Assembly: GCA_965223545.1 (NCBI GenBank)
Contig: OZ245006.1
Location: forward strand, 5,600,001 to 5,664,000
Length of the DNA: 64,000 bases
DNA from: Planctomycetota bacterium
GTDB lineage: Bacteria; Planctomycetota; UBA1135; UBA2386
Direction: 5' to 3'
A program made the translations under genes and the position numbers. Shown here piece by piece: positions 46,554 through 56,329 of the stretch. Positions within the stretch are counted from its first letter, which is position 1. Each line of letters begins with the position of its first letter. A model generated the notes under the pieces. That model did not search any database. It worked only from the letters and a program-made list of their open reading frames with translations, and was not told where the DNA came from.

Positions 46554-47762
46554 ATGTCCCTCCGCCGAGAAACCCGCGCCCTGTTCTACAGCCACGACTC
46601 GTTCGGTCTGGGACACTTGCGCCGCACGCTGTCGATCGCCGCGGCGCTGGTCGAACGCAACCACAACGCCAGTGTCACCATCGTCACCGGCTCGCCGGCG
46701 CCCGACCTGTTCGACCTGCCGCCGCGTTGTGAGGTCGTGGTCATCCCGTGCATCACCAAGGACGAGGCGGGCGGCTATCGCCCGCGCCGGCTGCCGTTGT
46801 CGTTGGCGGAAGTCGTCGAGCTGCGTTCGGCGTTGATCACCGCCGCGGTGCGGGCGTTCCGGCCGCACATCATGGTGGTCGATCACACGCCGACCGGCCC
46901 CGGCGGCGAGCTGCTGCCGACCCTGCGGCGGCTGCGGCACGAGCAACTGCGCACCCGCGTCGTGCTCGGCATGCGCGACGTCATCGACGCTCCCCATCGC
47001 GTGCGGGCGCAGCTGGCGCGCGAGGGCGCGTTCGACGTCATGCGCACTCTGTTCGACGACATCTTGGTCTACGGTTCGCCCAGCGTGCTGGACGTCGCGG
47101 CCGCGTACGGCATGCCGCGCGATCTGCGCGATCGTGTGCGCTACACCGGCATCGTCTGTCCGCCGGGTCGGCGGCGGCGCTCGGCGCCCGCCGGGTCGCC
47201 CCGCCGTCTGCTGGCCTCGGCTGGCGGCGGCGAGGACGGCTTCGACCTGTTGCGCGGCGTCGTCGCCGCGGTCCGCGGACCAATGCGCGAGGTGGACCTC
47301 GAGCTGACGGTCGTCGCCGGGCCCCTGATGCACCCCGAGGAGCGCGCCGCGCTGGAGTCGGCGCGCCAGGGGGACGTGCGGATTCGCATTCTGCCCCGGG
47401 TCAAGTCGATGGCACCGCTGATCGATGGTGCTGACTTGGTGATCGGCATGGGTGGCTACAACTCGGTCTACGAGACGCTGCGCGCCGGCGTACCACAGCT
47501 GGTGATGCCCCGCACGCACCCGCGGCAGGAGCAGCTCGAGCGGGCCCGGCGACTGGAGCAGCTCGGCTTGCTGTCGTCGGTGTCACGGGTCGACGTCGGC
47601 GATCCGGCGGTGCTCGCCGAGGCCATGCGTGCTGCGATGGTCTGCCCACCGGGGCCGCCGTCGGCGGCCGGGCTGTCGCTGGATGGGGCGCAGCGCGCGG
47701 TCGAGATCATGCTGCAGCGGCAGCACAGCCGCCCCGAACCGATGGCGCGCTACGCGCACTGA
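46554..47762 (+). CDS. Predicted glycosyltransferase (COG4671 / GT28 C-terminal type)
   Basis: YSHDSFGLGHLRR, VVDHTP, LGMRDVID, GGGEDG, MGGYNSVYE, PR...RQEQ. Confidence 0.9.
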   Translation: MSLRRETRALFYSHDSFGLGHLRRTLSIAAALVERNHNASVTIVTGSPAPDLFDLPPRCEVVVIPCITKDEAGGYRPRRLPLSLAEVVELRSALITAAVRAFRPHIMVVDHTPTGPGGELLPTLRRLRHEQLRTRVVLGMRDVIDAPHRVRAQLAREGAFDVMRTLFDDILVYGSPSVLDVAAAYGMPRDLRDRVRYTGIVCPPGRRRRSAPAGSPRRLLASAGGGEDGFDLLRGVVAAVRGPMREVDLELTVVAGPLMHPEERAALESARQGDVRIRILPRVKSMAPLIDGADLVIGMGGYNSVYETLRAGVPQLVMPRTHPRQEQLERARRLEQLGLLSSVSRVDVGDPAVLAEAMRAAMVCPPGPPSAAGLSLDGAQRAVEIMLQRQHSRPEPMARYAH

Positions 47763-47773
47763 CGGAGCTCGCC

Positions 47774-49006
47774 ATGCACGTCGGCTATGTCCTGAAGAAG
47801 TTCCCGAGGATCTCGGAGACGTTCATCCTCAACGAGATCCTCCAGCTGCAGCGGCAGAGCGTGCGCGTCACTGTGTTCTCGCTGTTGCCACCCAACGACG
47901 GGTTGTTCCACGCCGGTTTGAGCGAGCTGGTCGAGCCGGTGATCTATCTACCGCCGCGCAAGCCGACGCAGCTGCTCGAGCGCTGGCGCGACCTGGTGCC
48001 GTCGGTCCGTCCGCATGTCGCCGGCTTGTGGCGTGAGTTCGAGTCGATGCTGCTCGCCGGGCGCACCGACGTGTGGTCGGTGATGGCGTGGGGCATCGAG
48101 ATCGCGGCGCAGGCGCGGCAGCGCGGCATCGAGCATCTGCACGCGCACTTCGCCACGGTGGCGGCGCACACCGCCCGAGTGGCGCGGGCGGCGGGTGGTC
48201 CGCGTTTCAGCTTCACTTGCCACGCCAAGGACGTCTACCGAGAGGGCGTCGATGCGGCGCAGTTTGCCGCCTTGGTCGAGGCCGCGTCGACTGTGGTCAC
48301 GGTCTGCCAAGCCAACGCCGCACACATCGAGCAGAGCCTCGCGCCGGCGTCGTCGACTCCGATCCGCACCCTGTACAACGGAGTCGATCTCGAGCTCTTC
48401 CACCCGCGGCAGCGTCGGGTCGCCGCGCCACCGTTGGTGTTGGGGGTCGGCCGACTCGTGGAGAAGAAGGGGTTTCGCTTTCTGGTCGATGCGATGGCGG
48501 AGCTCCGCCGGGCCGGCCACGCCAGCCGCTGCGTCGTGGTCGGCGAGGGCGAGGAGCGCGCTGCCCTCGAAGCGCGCATTCGCGACACCGGTGCGCCGGT
48601 CGAGCTACGGGGTCTCGCCGCGCAGGACGAGGTCCGTGCCCTGATGAGTCGGGCCACCGCGCTGGCGCTGCCTTGCGTGATCGGCGCCGACGGCAATCGC
48701 GACGCGTTGCCGACGGTCTTGTTGGAGGCGTTGGCGATGGGCCTGCCGGCGGTCAGCACGCCCGTCGCCGGCGTCGAGGAGATCTTCGACGGGGGTGAAT
48801 GCGGTGTGCTGGTGCCCTGTGGCGACAGCGGCGCCTTGGCCAGTGCTCTACGCGAACTCGTCGACAACCCCGATCGGCAGGCTCAGCTCGCCGCGGCCGG
48901 CCGGCGCCGCGCCGAGGTTGAGTTCGACCTCGGCCACAACGTCGAGACGCTGCGTTCGTTGTTCGCGACGGCGGGCGTCGAGCGGTGTGGCACGGAGACC
49001 GCGTGA
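47774..49006 (+). CDS. Glycosyltransferase family 4 (WcaL-like)
   Basis: YVLKKFPRISETFILNEI, HLHAHF, TCHAKD, GRLVEKKG, RDALPTVLLEALA. Confidence 0.93.
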   Translation: MHVGYVLKKFPRISETFILNEILQLQRQSVRVTVFSLLPPNDGLFHAGLSELVEPVIYLPPRKPTQLLERWRDLVPSVRPHVAGLWREFESMLLAGRTDVWSVMAWGIEIAAQARQRGIEHLHAHFATVAAHTARVARAAGGPRFSFTCHAKDVYREGVDAAQFAALVEAASTVVTVCQANAAHIEQSLAPASSTPIRTLYNGVDLELFHPRQRRVAAPPLVLGVGRLVEKKGFRFLVDAMAELRRAGHASRCVVVGEGEERAALEARIRDTGAPVELRGLAAQDEVRALMSRATALALPCVIGADGNRDALPTVLLEALAMGLPAVSTPVAGVEEIFDGGECGVLVPCGDSGALASALRELVDNPDRQAQLAAAGRRRAEVEFDLGHNVETLRSLFATAGVERCGTETA

Positions 49007-50178
49007 TGAGCGCGACGTCGCCGAGCATCGCCTACGTGTGTCAGGATCGGGGCATTCCGATCGACGGCAGCAAAGGCGCGGCCGTGCACTTTCGCCAGAT
49101 GGCGGCGGCGCTGCGCCGGCAGGGGGCGGTGCTCGACGTCTACGCCGCGCGTGCCGACGGGCGCGCGCGCGATGCGGTGCACGTGCTCGACGTCGAGCGG
49201 TGCGCCGGGATTCCGGGCGAGCTCGCTCAGCTCGCGGCCAACGCCGAGATGTCCGCCGCACTGGAACGCGGCGGCCGTCACGACGTGGTCTACGAGCGCT
49301 TCTCGCTGTTTGCCGCGGCCGGGTTGGCGCACGCCAAGCGCAGTGGGATTCCGCTGTTCCTCGAGGTCAACGCACCGCTCTGGGAAGAGGCTGCGCAGTT
49401 CCGCTCGCTGCACTTGGCGGACACCGCGCGGGGCTTGGCGCTGGACGTGTTGCGCGCCGCCGACCGTGTGCTCGTGGTCTCGGCGGCGTTGGCCGAGCGG
49501 CTGCAGGCGGCCGGCGTCGAAGCCGGCGCGCTGCGCGTGCTCGGCAACGGTGTCGACGCCGCCGCGTTCGGTGCGGCCCGGCCGGCGCCGCGGCCGGCGC
49601 AGCTCGAGGGTTTGCCGGTTGCCGTGTTCGTCGGCTCGCTGAAGCCGTGGCACGGCGTCGAGTTTCTGCTGCGCGCGCATGCCCGCGCGCAGGAGCAGGT
49701 GCCCTTCGGGTTGTGGATCGTCGGCGACGGACCGATGCGCGGGGCAGTGCGGGCGGCGGCCGCCGTCGATGGCGGCCGGGTGGCGTTCGCCGGCGCGGTC
49801 GCGCACGAGCGCATCGCCGAGATCCTGGCGGCTGCCGACGTGTCGATTGCGCCCTATCCAGCCGCCGCGCCCGATTACTTCTCGCCGCTGAAGGTGGTGG
49901 AGGCGATGGCGGCACGATGCCCGCTGGTCGCGAGCCGGACGCGCTGTGTGGTCGATTCACTGCGCCCGGATGCGGTGCACGAGCTGTTCGAGCCCGACGA
50001 TGAGGCATCGTTCGTCGCCGCGATGCAGCGTGCGTTGTCGCGCTTGCCGGCCGCTCGGGTGCAGGGTGTGCCCGACGGGATGGCGTGGGACGACAACGCC
50101 CGCTCGGTGCTGGCGATGATCGGCGAAGTCGCGGCGCCGTGTGACGGCGGGCACCTGCCTTCGGAGGCGGGCGCATGA
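49006..50178 (+). CDS. Glycosyltransferase family 4
   Basis: D.GIPIDGSKGAAVH, YERFSL, EVNAPL, GSLKPWHG, YFSPLKVVEAMA. Confidence 0.92.
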   Translation: MSATSPSIAYVCQDRGIPIDGSKGAAVHFRQMAAALRRQGAVLDVYAARADGRARDAVHVLDVERCAGIPGELAQLAANAEMSAALERGGRHDVVYERFSLFAAAGLAHAKRSGIPLFLEVNAPLWEEAAQFRSLHLADTARGLALDVLRAADRVLVVSAALAERLQAAGVEAGALRVLGNGVDAAAFGAARPAPRPAQLEGLPVAVFVGSLKPWHGVEFLLRAHARAQEQVPFGLWIVGDGPMRGAVRAAAAVDGGRVAFAGAVAHERIAEILAAADVSIAPYPAAAPDYFSPLKVVEAMAARCPLVASRTRCVVDSLRPDAVHELFEPDDEASFVAAMQRALSRLPAARVQGVPDGMAWDDNARSVLAMIGEVAAPCDGGHLPSEAGA

Positions 50179-51464
50179 CCACCGTGTGCCCGCTGCCCTG
50201 TGGTGCCGAGGCAAGCTTTGCCGTGGCGGTCGACCCGGAGCGGGTGCGCGGCTGGATCGCCGAGCACCTGCTGGCCGACCGTCACTTGTTGGCGTGCGAA
50301 CCCCTGAGCCTGCGCTACAAGGGGGGCGACGGGGCCACGGTGTGTTGGTCGGTGCGCTTCGACGGGGACGGCGGCGTGTGCGACACGTTTGTGACGGTGC
50401 GGTGGGCCGACCCGCTGCGCTTGGCCCGGGAAGCGCAGCGCCTTGGGCGCCGCGCGTCCGACGTGACGCCGGGAGTGCGCGGCTGGGCCCTTCTCGACGA
50501 GGTTCTCCTCGTCGCGTTTCCCATCGATCGGATCCTGCGCGACTTGCGGCGGGTCTGTCGTCCGTCGAGCGCGCGTACCATGATCGCCAAGCACTTTCCG
50601 GATGTGGTCGCGCCGGGCTATCGGATCTCGAAGCGGCGCAGCCGCATGGTCGTGGCTCGCTACGAGCCCGAACGGCGCGCGCTGCTGCGCTGGCGGCTGG
50701 TCACCGTCGATGCTGCGTTGCAGCGCGGACCGGGTGCCGAGGTCGCGGTGCGCCTGCAGGGCGCGCCGATCGCGCGCCAGGCCGCGGCCGCTGGCGACGC
50801 AGCGCGGGCCACCGGAATCGACACGCCGCGGGTCGTGGTCGTGCACGACCGGCTTGCGCTCGAGTCGGTGCTGGCCGGCCACCCGGTCGCCGATGCCCCG
50901 GCCTGGGCGGAGCGCGCTGGCCATCAGCTGGCCCGCCTGCATGCCGCCGCTCCGCCGATGGCCCTGCGTCGGCACGGGGCCTTGGCCGAGCTCGACCGGG
51001 TGCTGCGGGTGGTCGGGGATTTTCGGCGCTTGGACTCGGGGCTGGCCGGCCGCGCGGCGACGATCGCCGACCGGTTGTCCCGCTGGGTGCCGACCACCGG
51101 CGACGATGCGGTGCTGTCGCACGGTTGTTTCGACGTCGACCACTGGCTCGACGTGGCGGGCAATCTGGCGATCGAGGGCTTCGATCGCGCCGCGTTGGCG
51201 CATCCGGCCTGGGACTTGGCGATGGCGTGGGCCGGGAGTCGTGCGCGGGATCCGTCGGTGGCCGAGGCCGTCGCCGACGCGTTGTCTGAAGGCTACCGCG
51301 GGGCGTCGACGGCAGCGATGCCGGCGGCGCGCGTGTTGGGTTGGTATCGGGCGTGCGCGGCGATGCGGCTGGCGCTGCGCCCGTTTCAGGAGCTGCGGCC
51401 GGACTGGCCGGAACGCGCGGCGTCGATGCTCGATTCGGCGGCCGCGCAGCTGGAGGTGAGCTGA
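50175..51464 (+). CDS. APH-family phosphotransferase-like protein with degenerate catalytic motifs
   Basis: LRYKG, FPIDRIL, RYEPERRA; HGCFDVDHW and IEGFD in place of HGDxxxxQ/N and IDFD; HPAWDLA. Confidence 0.75.
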   Translation: MTTVCPLPCGAEASFAVAVDPERVRGWIAEHLLADRHLLACEPLSLRYKGGDGATVCWSVRFDGDGGVCDTFVTVRWADPLRLAREAQRLGRRASDVTPGVRGWALLDEVLLVAFPIDRILRDLRRVCRPSSARTMIAKHFPDVVAPGYRISKRRSRMVVARYEPERRALLRWRLVTVDAALQRGPGAEVAVRLQGAPIARQAAAAGDAARATGIDTPRVVVVHDRLALESVLAGHPVADAPAWAERAGHQLARLHAAAPPMALRRHGALAELDRVLRVVGDFRRLDSGLAGRAATIADRLSRWVPTTGDDAVLSHGCFDVDHWLDVAGNLAIEGFDRAALAHPAWDLAMAWAGSRARDPSVAEAVADALSEGYRGASTAAMPAARVLGWYRACAAMRLALRPFQELRPDWPERAASMLDSAAAQLEVS

Positions 51465-52591
51465 TGGCAACAGGTGATGTGCAGCTGGAGAGCGACACCG
51501 ACCGGCGGGCCGGTGCGCGCGGCGCCGCGGATGTGAAGCGTCTCATGCAGGCACTCGAAGCCGAGCGCGGTGGTCATCCCACGCTGCTGCGGCGTGCCCG
51601 CGACGGCCGGTTGTTGGCGACCGTACGGCCGCCCGGTGAGTCGCCCCGTGCCTATACGATCGCCGAGAGCGGGCGCCGCGTCCGCGTCGAGCGGCTCGAG
51701 CCGGAGCGGGACACCGCGCTCGCGGGTGCCGCTCTGCTGGCGGACCCCGAGCGGCTCGCGCTCCTACTGGGCGGCCACGCCACGGTGCGTGCCGTGCAGC
51801 TGGTCGCCTACCGGCCCGCCAAGCGCGCCGTGGCGCGGGTCGAGTTCGAGCACCGTCCTGCCTGCTACCTCAAGCTGCTGTCGGCGCGTGGCTATCGGAG
51901 CGCGGTGGAGACCTTCGCGAGCTTGCCGGCGCAGGCGGGCGAGGCGCGCCTGTCGCGGCCGTGGAAGCTGCTCGACGACCAGTGCGCTTTGGTCGCCGAC
52001 GCCGTTGGGGGTGTTTCGGTCAACCAGCTACTTTTCGAAGGCGCACAGATCGACGCGCTCGCGCTGCTCTGCGCGATCGACGACTTCACGCGGGCCGTGC
52101 CCAGCGATCCTCTGGCGAGCCGCACCGTCGAGGACGAGCGCGCCTCGGCGTTGACCATGTTGAGCCGCGGGGCGGCGTGGCACGGCGAGCTCCGCGGGTT
52201 AGCGGACGTGGTCGCGGCCGTCGCCCTGCCAGTGCTCGATCGCCGCGGGCTGTTGCACACCGATCTGCACGACAAGCAGGTGTTCGTGCACGGCGAGGGG
52301 ATCTCGCTGATCGATCTCGAGGGCTGTGCCATCGGTGACCCGCGCATCGACCAGGTCAACTTCGTCGAGCACTGTGCGCTGCGCGCGCAGCAGGGTGCGG
52401 CGGCTGCCGGCGAGCTGGCGCGACGGCTGGCGCGCGCATGGCGCATCGACGACGGCCTGCGCATGGCCGCGCTGCGCGGACTGGTGCGGGCGCGACTGGC
52501 GGGCGTCTACGCCCAGCGACCGGGCCACGAGCGGCTGGTCGCCGAGCTGGCGCGCGGTGCCGCCGAGCTGCTGAGCGGAGCACGGTCATGA
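51464..52591 (+). CDS. APH-family phosphotransferase
   Basis: AYRPAKRAV, YLKL, LHTDLHDKQV, LIDLE, GDPRID. Confidence 0.85.
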   Translation: MATGDVQLESDTDRRAGARGAADVKRLMQALEAERGGHPTLLRRARDGRLLATVRPPGESPRAYTIAESGRRVRVERLEPERDTALAGAALLADPERLALLLGGHATVRAVQLVAYRPAKRAVARVEFEHRPACYLKLLSARGYRSAVETFASLPAQAGEARLSRPWKLLDDQCALVADAVGGVSVNQLLFEGAQIDALALLCAIDDFTRAVPSDPLASRTVEDERASALTMLSRGAAWHGELRGLADVVAAVALPVLDRRGLLHTDLHDKQVFVHGEGISLIDLEGCAIGDPRIDQVNFVEHCALRAQQGAAAAGELARRLARAWRIDDGLRMAALRGLVRARLAGVYAQRPGHERLVAELARGAAELLSGARS

Positions 52592-53610
52592 CCTGTCCCG
52601 AGAGCTCCGATCGCAGTCCGATTCTCTTTGCGGTCGGCTGTCCGCGATCGGGGACCACCTTGCTGCAGCGCATGTTGGATGCGCACCCTGCGTTGACCGT
52701 CGCCAACGACACGCACTTCATCACGCGCGTGCTCGAGCGTGGCGCCCCCGAGCGGGTGCAGGCGGCGATCGCCGGCGTGCCCGTGCCGTTGACCCCGACT
52801 CTGGTTCGCGCGGTGAGCGCCTACCACCGGTTTCCGCGTCTCGGCTTGTCGGCGGCCGACGTCGCCGACGTCGCCCGTGGTTGTGCCGACTACGCGGCGT
52901 TGGTCCGCGGGCTGTATCGGCTCGTGGCGAAGCGCGCCGGCGTGCGATGGGCGGGCGAGAAGACTCCGGACTACGTGCGTCGGCTGCCGCTGCTGCACGG
53001 TCTGTTTCCGCAGGCGCGCAGCGTGCACATCGTGCGCGACGGGCGGGACACCGCGCTTTCGCTGCTCAACTGGTCCAACTCCGGCAAGGGTCCGGGTCGG
53101 CTGCGCTATTGGAACGTCGATCCGGTCGCCGTTGCGGCGATGTGGTGGCAGTGGCAGGTCGAGAGCGGGCGCCGCGACGGCGGTGCCCTCGGCGCCGGCC
53201 GGCATCTGCTGTTGCGCTACGAGGACCTGGTCGCCGACCCGGAGACCGGAGCCGCGCGCCTGTGCGACTTTCTACAGTTGCCCCCTGCCGCCGAGATGAC
53301 GGAGTACCACCGCGGCAAGCAGCGGCGGGTGGAGGGGCTCTCCGCCAAGAGCCAGTGGTTGCCGCCGACCGCGGGGTTGCGGGACTGGCGTGTGCAAATG
53401 GAGCGCGACGACGCGCGGCTGTTCGACGCACTGTGCGGCGATACGCTGGATGCGCTCGGCTACGAGCGCGCCGACCCAGGCGGGGTCTCGCCAGCGGTCG
53501 CCGCGCGCGCGGCGCGGGCGCGCCGCTGGTGGCGCGCTTGGCGCGTGCGTCGCCGGCGCAAGGAGCGCTGGCGGGCGCCGGCGATCGACGGTTCCCGCTC
53601 CGCATCCTGA
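52588..53610 (+). CDS. PAPS-dependent sulfotransferase
   Basis: GCPRSGTTLLQRML, GEKTP, IVRDGRDTALS, RYEDLV. Confidence 0.94.
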   Translation: MTCPESSDRSPILFAVGCPRSGTTLLQRMLDAHPALTVANDTHFITRVLERGAPERVQAAIAGVPVPLTPTLVRAVSAYHRFPRLGLSAADVADVARGCADYAALVRGLYRLVAKRAGVRWAGEKTPDYVRRLPLLHGLFPQARSVHIVRDGRDTALSLLNWSNSGKGPGRLRYWNVDPVAVAAMWWQWQVESGRRDGGALGAGRHLLLRYEDLVADPETGAARLCDFLQLPPAAEMTEYHRGKQRRVEGLSAKSQWLPPTAGLRDWRVQMERDDARLFDALCGDTLDALGYERADPGGVSPAVAARAARARRWWRAWRVRRRRKERWRAPAIDGSRSAS

Positions 53611-53686
53611 TCGAATGGCGGTGGATCGCCGGGCCTGTCGGCGGTCTCGGGGCTGCAGTCGAGGATGGTCGTCGTCGGTATCGTCG

Positions 53687-55291
53687 TCAGCGCGATGTCG
53701 CGCGCAGCCCGTTGCTCGCGGCGAGGCCGAAGGGCGCGGTCGGGTCGGCAAACCAGTGCTGGAACCAGACGCGCGCACCGACGGGGAGCCTCGGCCAGCG
53801 CAGCCGGAGGTCCAGGTCCCCCTTGCCGTTGATCGGCAGACCGCCGACGACCGCCTGCGGAAAGGGAACCAAGGCACCGCCCAGCACCGGCAGCTGCCAT
53901 GGTGCCGCGCCGATGATCAACATGCTGCGCGCGCCGGGCGCCGCGCTGCGTAGCTGCAGAGTCACGAGATTGCCAGAGGTCGCGGTGCCGCGCCCCGACA
54001 GCGCCGCGGCGCGCGTCGCGTTGACGCGGCCGCCGACGTCGGCCCACGGCGACGGGCTGCGCAAGGCGAGCAGAGTGTTGCCGGTGCCGGCGGCGATCAG
54101 GGTGCCGTCGCGCGCCAGCGCGGGTCCGCCGATGTTGATGTTCGGCACCGGCAGCGACCAGCGCAGGCTCAGGTCCCGATTGAAGGACCACAGCCTGCCG
54201 CCGGCGAAGCCGCCGTTGGAGACGAACAGCCTGCCATCGGCGTCGACGACGAAGCGGGGCTTCTCGGCGCCGAGCGGGGCCGTCGTCGTCGCCCGCACAG
54301 CCCCGGTGCGCGGGTCGAGCGCGGCGAGATGGCCGTTCGGCTGCTGCATGTAGACCGAGCCATCGCGGCCGACCGCGAACTCGGCTGCAGTGCTCCACTG
54401 CGCGGGCACGCGCCAGCGCTGCACGAAGGCGCTCCCGGTGTCGGCGAATGCGTAGAAGTAATCCACGGGCGCACTGTTCTGCGTGCGGTTGAGGTAGACG
54501 GTGCCGTCGGGCCCGACCATCGGCGCGTTCTGGATGGTGTAGCCGGGCATCACCGGGCTCTGGTAGAGGAACGCGCCAGTCGCCAGGTCGAACCGCTTGA
54601 GCACGTTGCCGCCGGTGGTGGCGTCGGCGACGTAGACCGCGCCCCCGCTGGTGCCGGCGCGCAGCGCGGCTCCGCAGTTGCCGCTGACCGAGCCGTTGCG
54701 CGGTGCCGACCATACCGTGCTGCCGTCGCGCGCGCGGATGCGCCAAATGGTGCGAAACGAGGCGACCACCAGATCGCCGTTCGGCGCGAACACGACGCCG
54801 TCGTAGGCGCCGGCGTCGATGGTCGCGCGCGAGACCCACACCAGCGCGCCGGTGTGTTGATCGAGCGCGTGGATGCGTGCGCGCACCGACGCGCCGTTGC
54901 CCGAGCGGGAGGCGTAGACCCGACCATTGCTGGTGCCGAGCAGCCAGGTCGTCCATTCGCCGTTCGCGTAGGGAACGTGGTGCACCCAGAGTTCGGCACC
55001 CGAGCGCACCTCGTGGCAGACGACGGGGGAGCCGTTGGGCTCGCCTGCCGGGGCGAGTCCCGACTGACGCACGACGAACACGCGGCCGTTGTCGATGACC
55101 GGCTGCCAGGCGATCACCGAGGGTCGCGATCCGGACCAGACGGCGCGGGCCGATAGCGGGCCGAACGCGTTGTTCTGGCCGTTGCGACCGGCGTTGCCGC
55201 CGGAGTTGGGCCAGCCCTGTGCCAGGGCCGGAATCGTGAGCGCGCACCACACCAGTGGTGTGCGCCATCGCGTGGGGCAAGCGGTGAGCAC
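53687..55291 (-). CDS. Secreted PQQ-like beta-propeller protein with C-terminal domain
   Basis: Signal ending ALA|Q; WPNSGGNAGRNG, repeated TG..+W units, PMVGPDGTVY, PALARDGTL; GTG start supported by TATCAT 8 nt upstream. Confidence 0.8.
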   Translation of the reverse strand: MLTACPTRWRTPLVWCALTIPALAQGWPNSGGNAGRNGQNNAFGPLSARAVWSGSRPSVIAWQPVIDNGRVFVVRQSGLAPAGEPNGSPVVCHEVRSGAELWVHHVPYANGEWTTWLLGTSNGRVYASRSGNGASVRARIHALDQHTGALVWVSRATIDAGAYDGVVFAPNGDLVVASFRTIWRIRARDGSTVWSAPRNGSVSGNCGAALRAGTSGGAVYVADATTGGNVLKRFDLATGAFLYQSPVMPGYTIQNAPMVGPDGTVYLNRTQNSAPVDYFYAFADTGSAFVQRWRVPAQWSTAAEFAVGRDGSVYMQQPNGHLAALDPRTGAVRATTTAPLGAEKPRFVVDADGRLFVSNGGFAGGRLWSFNRDLSLRWSLPVPNINIGGPALARDGTLIAAGTGNTLLALRSPSPWADVGGRVNATRAAALSGRGTATSGNLVTLQLRSAAPGARSMLIIGAAPWQLPVLGGALVPFPQAVVGGLPINGKGDLDLRLRWPRLPVGARVWFQHWFADPTAPFGLAASNGLRATSR

Positions 55292-55344
55292 GGGGCGGGA
55301 TGATAGTCGTCCGCGCCGCGGCCTCAACGTTGCGGGTGCGGCAT

Positions 55345-56019
55345 TCAGCGCGGCCGGTTACCGCCGGGCGGCCGGTGGCGGATGATCTCGCCGTCGACCA
55401 AGAACAGGACGTCCTCGGCGATGTTGGTGGCCTGATCGGCGATGCGCTCGAGGTTGCGGGTGGCCGACAGCAAGTGGGTGGCGCGCTCGATGTGGGAGGG
55501 GTCGGCCTCCATGGTGACGCGGAGCTCGTCGAACATCTGCCGGTGGAGCGAATCGACCGCGTCGTCGGCGGCGAGCACCTCCCGCGCTCGGGACGTGTCG
55601 CGCTCTACCAGCGCCGTCAAGCTGGTGCTGACCATGGCCCGCACGCGGCGGACCATCTCGGGTACGTCGCGGGGGCCCGGCAGGGGGGGGTGATCGGATA
55701 GGTAGAGAGCGCGGCCGGCGATGTTGGCGGCGAGGTCGCCCATGCGCTCGAGGTCGTTGTTGACCTTGAGCATTGTAACGATGAACCGTAAGTCGGCGGC
55801 CACGGGCTGGTGCAGGGCGAGCGTCTTCAGGCACTCCTCCTCGAGCGCGACCTCGCGCCGGTCGATCTCGTCGTCGCCGTCGATCACGGCGCGGGCGGCC
55901 GCCGCGCGCCGTTCCAGCAGGGCACCGGTGGCGTCGTGGATGGCGTTCTCGACCAGGGAGCCGATCTCCAGGATGTCCCGCTTGAGGCGGTCGAGATCGC
56001 GCAGGAGGTGTTTGGTCAT
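55345..56019 (-). CDS. phoU: Phosphate signalling protein PhoU
   Basis: LALHQPVAADLRFI, DLERMGD, DDAVD, RNLERIADQATNIAEDV. Confidence 0.97.
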   Translation of the reverse strand: MTKHLLRDLDRLKRDILEIGSLVENAIHDATGALLERRAAAARAVIDGDDEIDRREVALEEECLKTLALHQPVAADLRFIVTMLKVNNDLERMGDLAANIAGRALYLSDHPPLPGPRDVPEMVRRVRAMVSTSLTALVERDTSRAREVLAADDAVDSLHRQMFDELRVTMEADPSHIERATHLLSATRNLERIADQATNIAEDVLFLVDGEIIRHRPPGGNRPR

Positions 56020-56191
56020 CTTGGCGGGGGGTGATGGTCGCGTCGCGTGGTGGTGGTCGGGCGGGAATGTAGGGGCGAAATTTAAAGGGACCCCAGCGGG
56101 AGGTGTGAAGACTCTCGCGCCCCGCGTCTCGCTGGACTCACCGATCACAGCGTGAGTTAGGTCGTGGGGGAAGATTGAGCACAACCTGTGG

Positions 56192-56231
56192 AATTCACGA
56201 ATTCTTTATCTAAAATTCATACATTCTTCCC
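56192..56231 (+). promoter_or_regulatory. Pho-box-like tandem repeats upstream of the porin gene
   Basis: TTCAC 56194, TTTAT 56205, TTCAT 56216, TTCCC 56227: exact 11-bp period in an AT-rich island. Confidence 0.72.
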
Positions 56232-56329
56232 TATTGCCGCCGTGCGCATCCTCCTAGCCTCCTCGCCAGTCGTCCGGTCGTTGTGACGCGACCCCAACGG
56301 CGACCAACCTCGACAGGAAGGGATTTCCC

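Noticed and set aside
55266..55268. Frameshift after an out-of-frame ATG at the start of the PQQ-like gene
   Set aside because: In-frame GTG at 55291 with an upstream TATCAT explains the start without a frameshift
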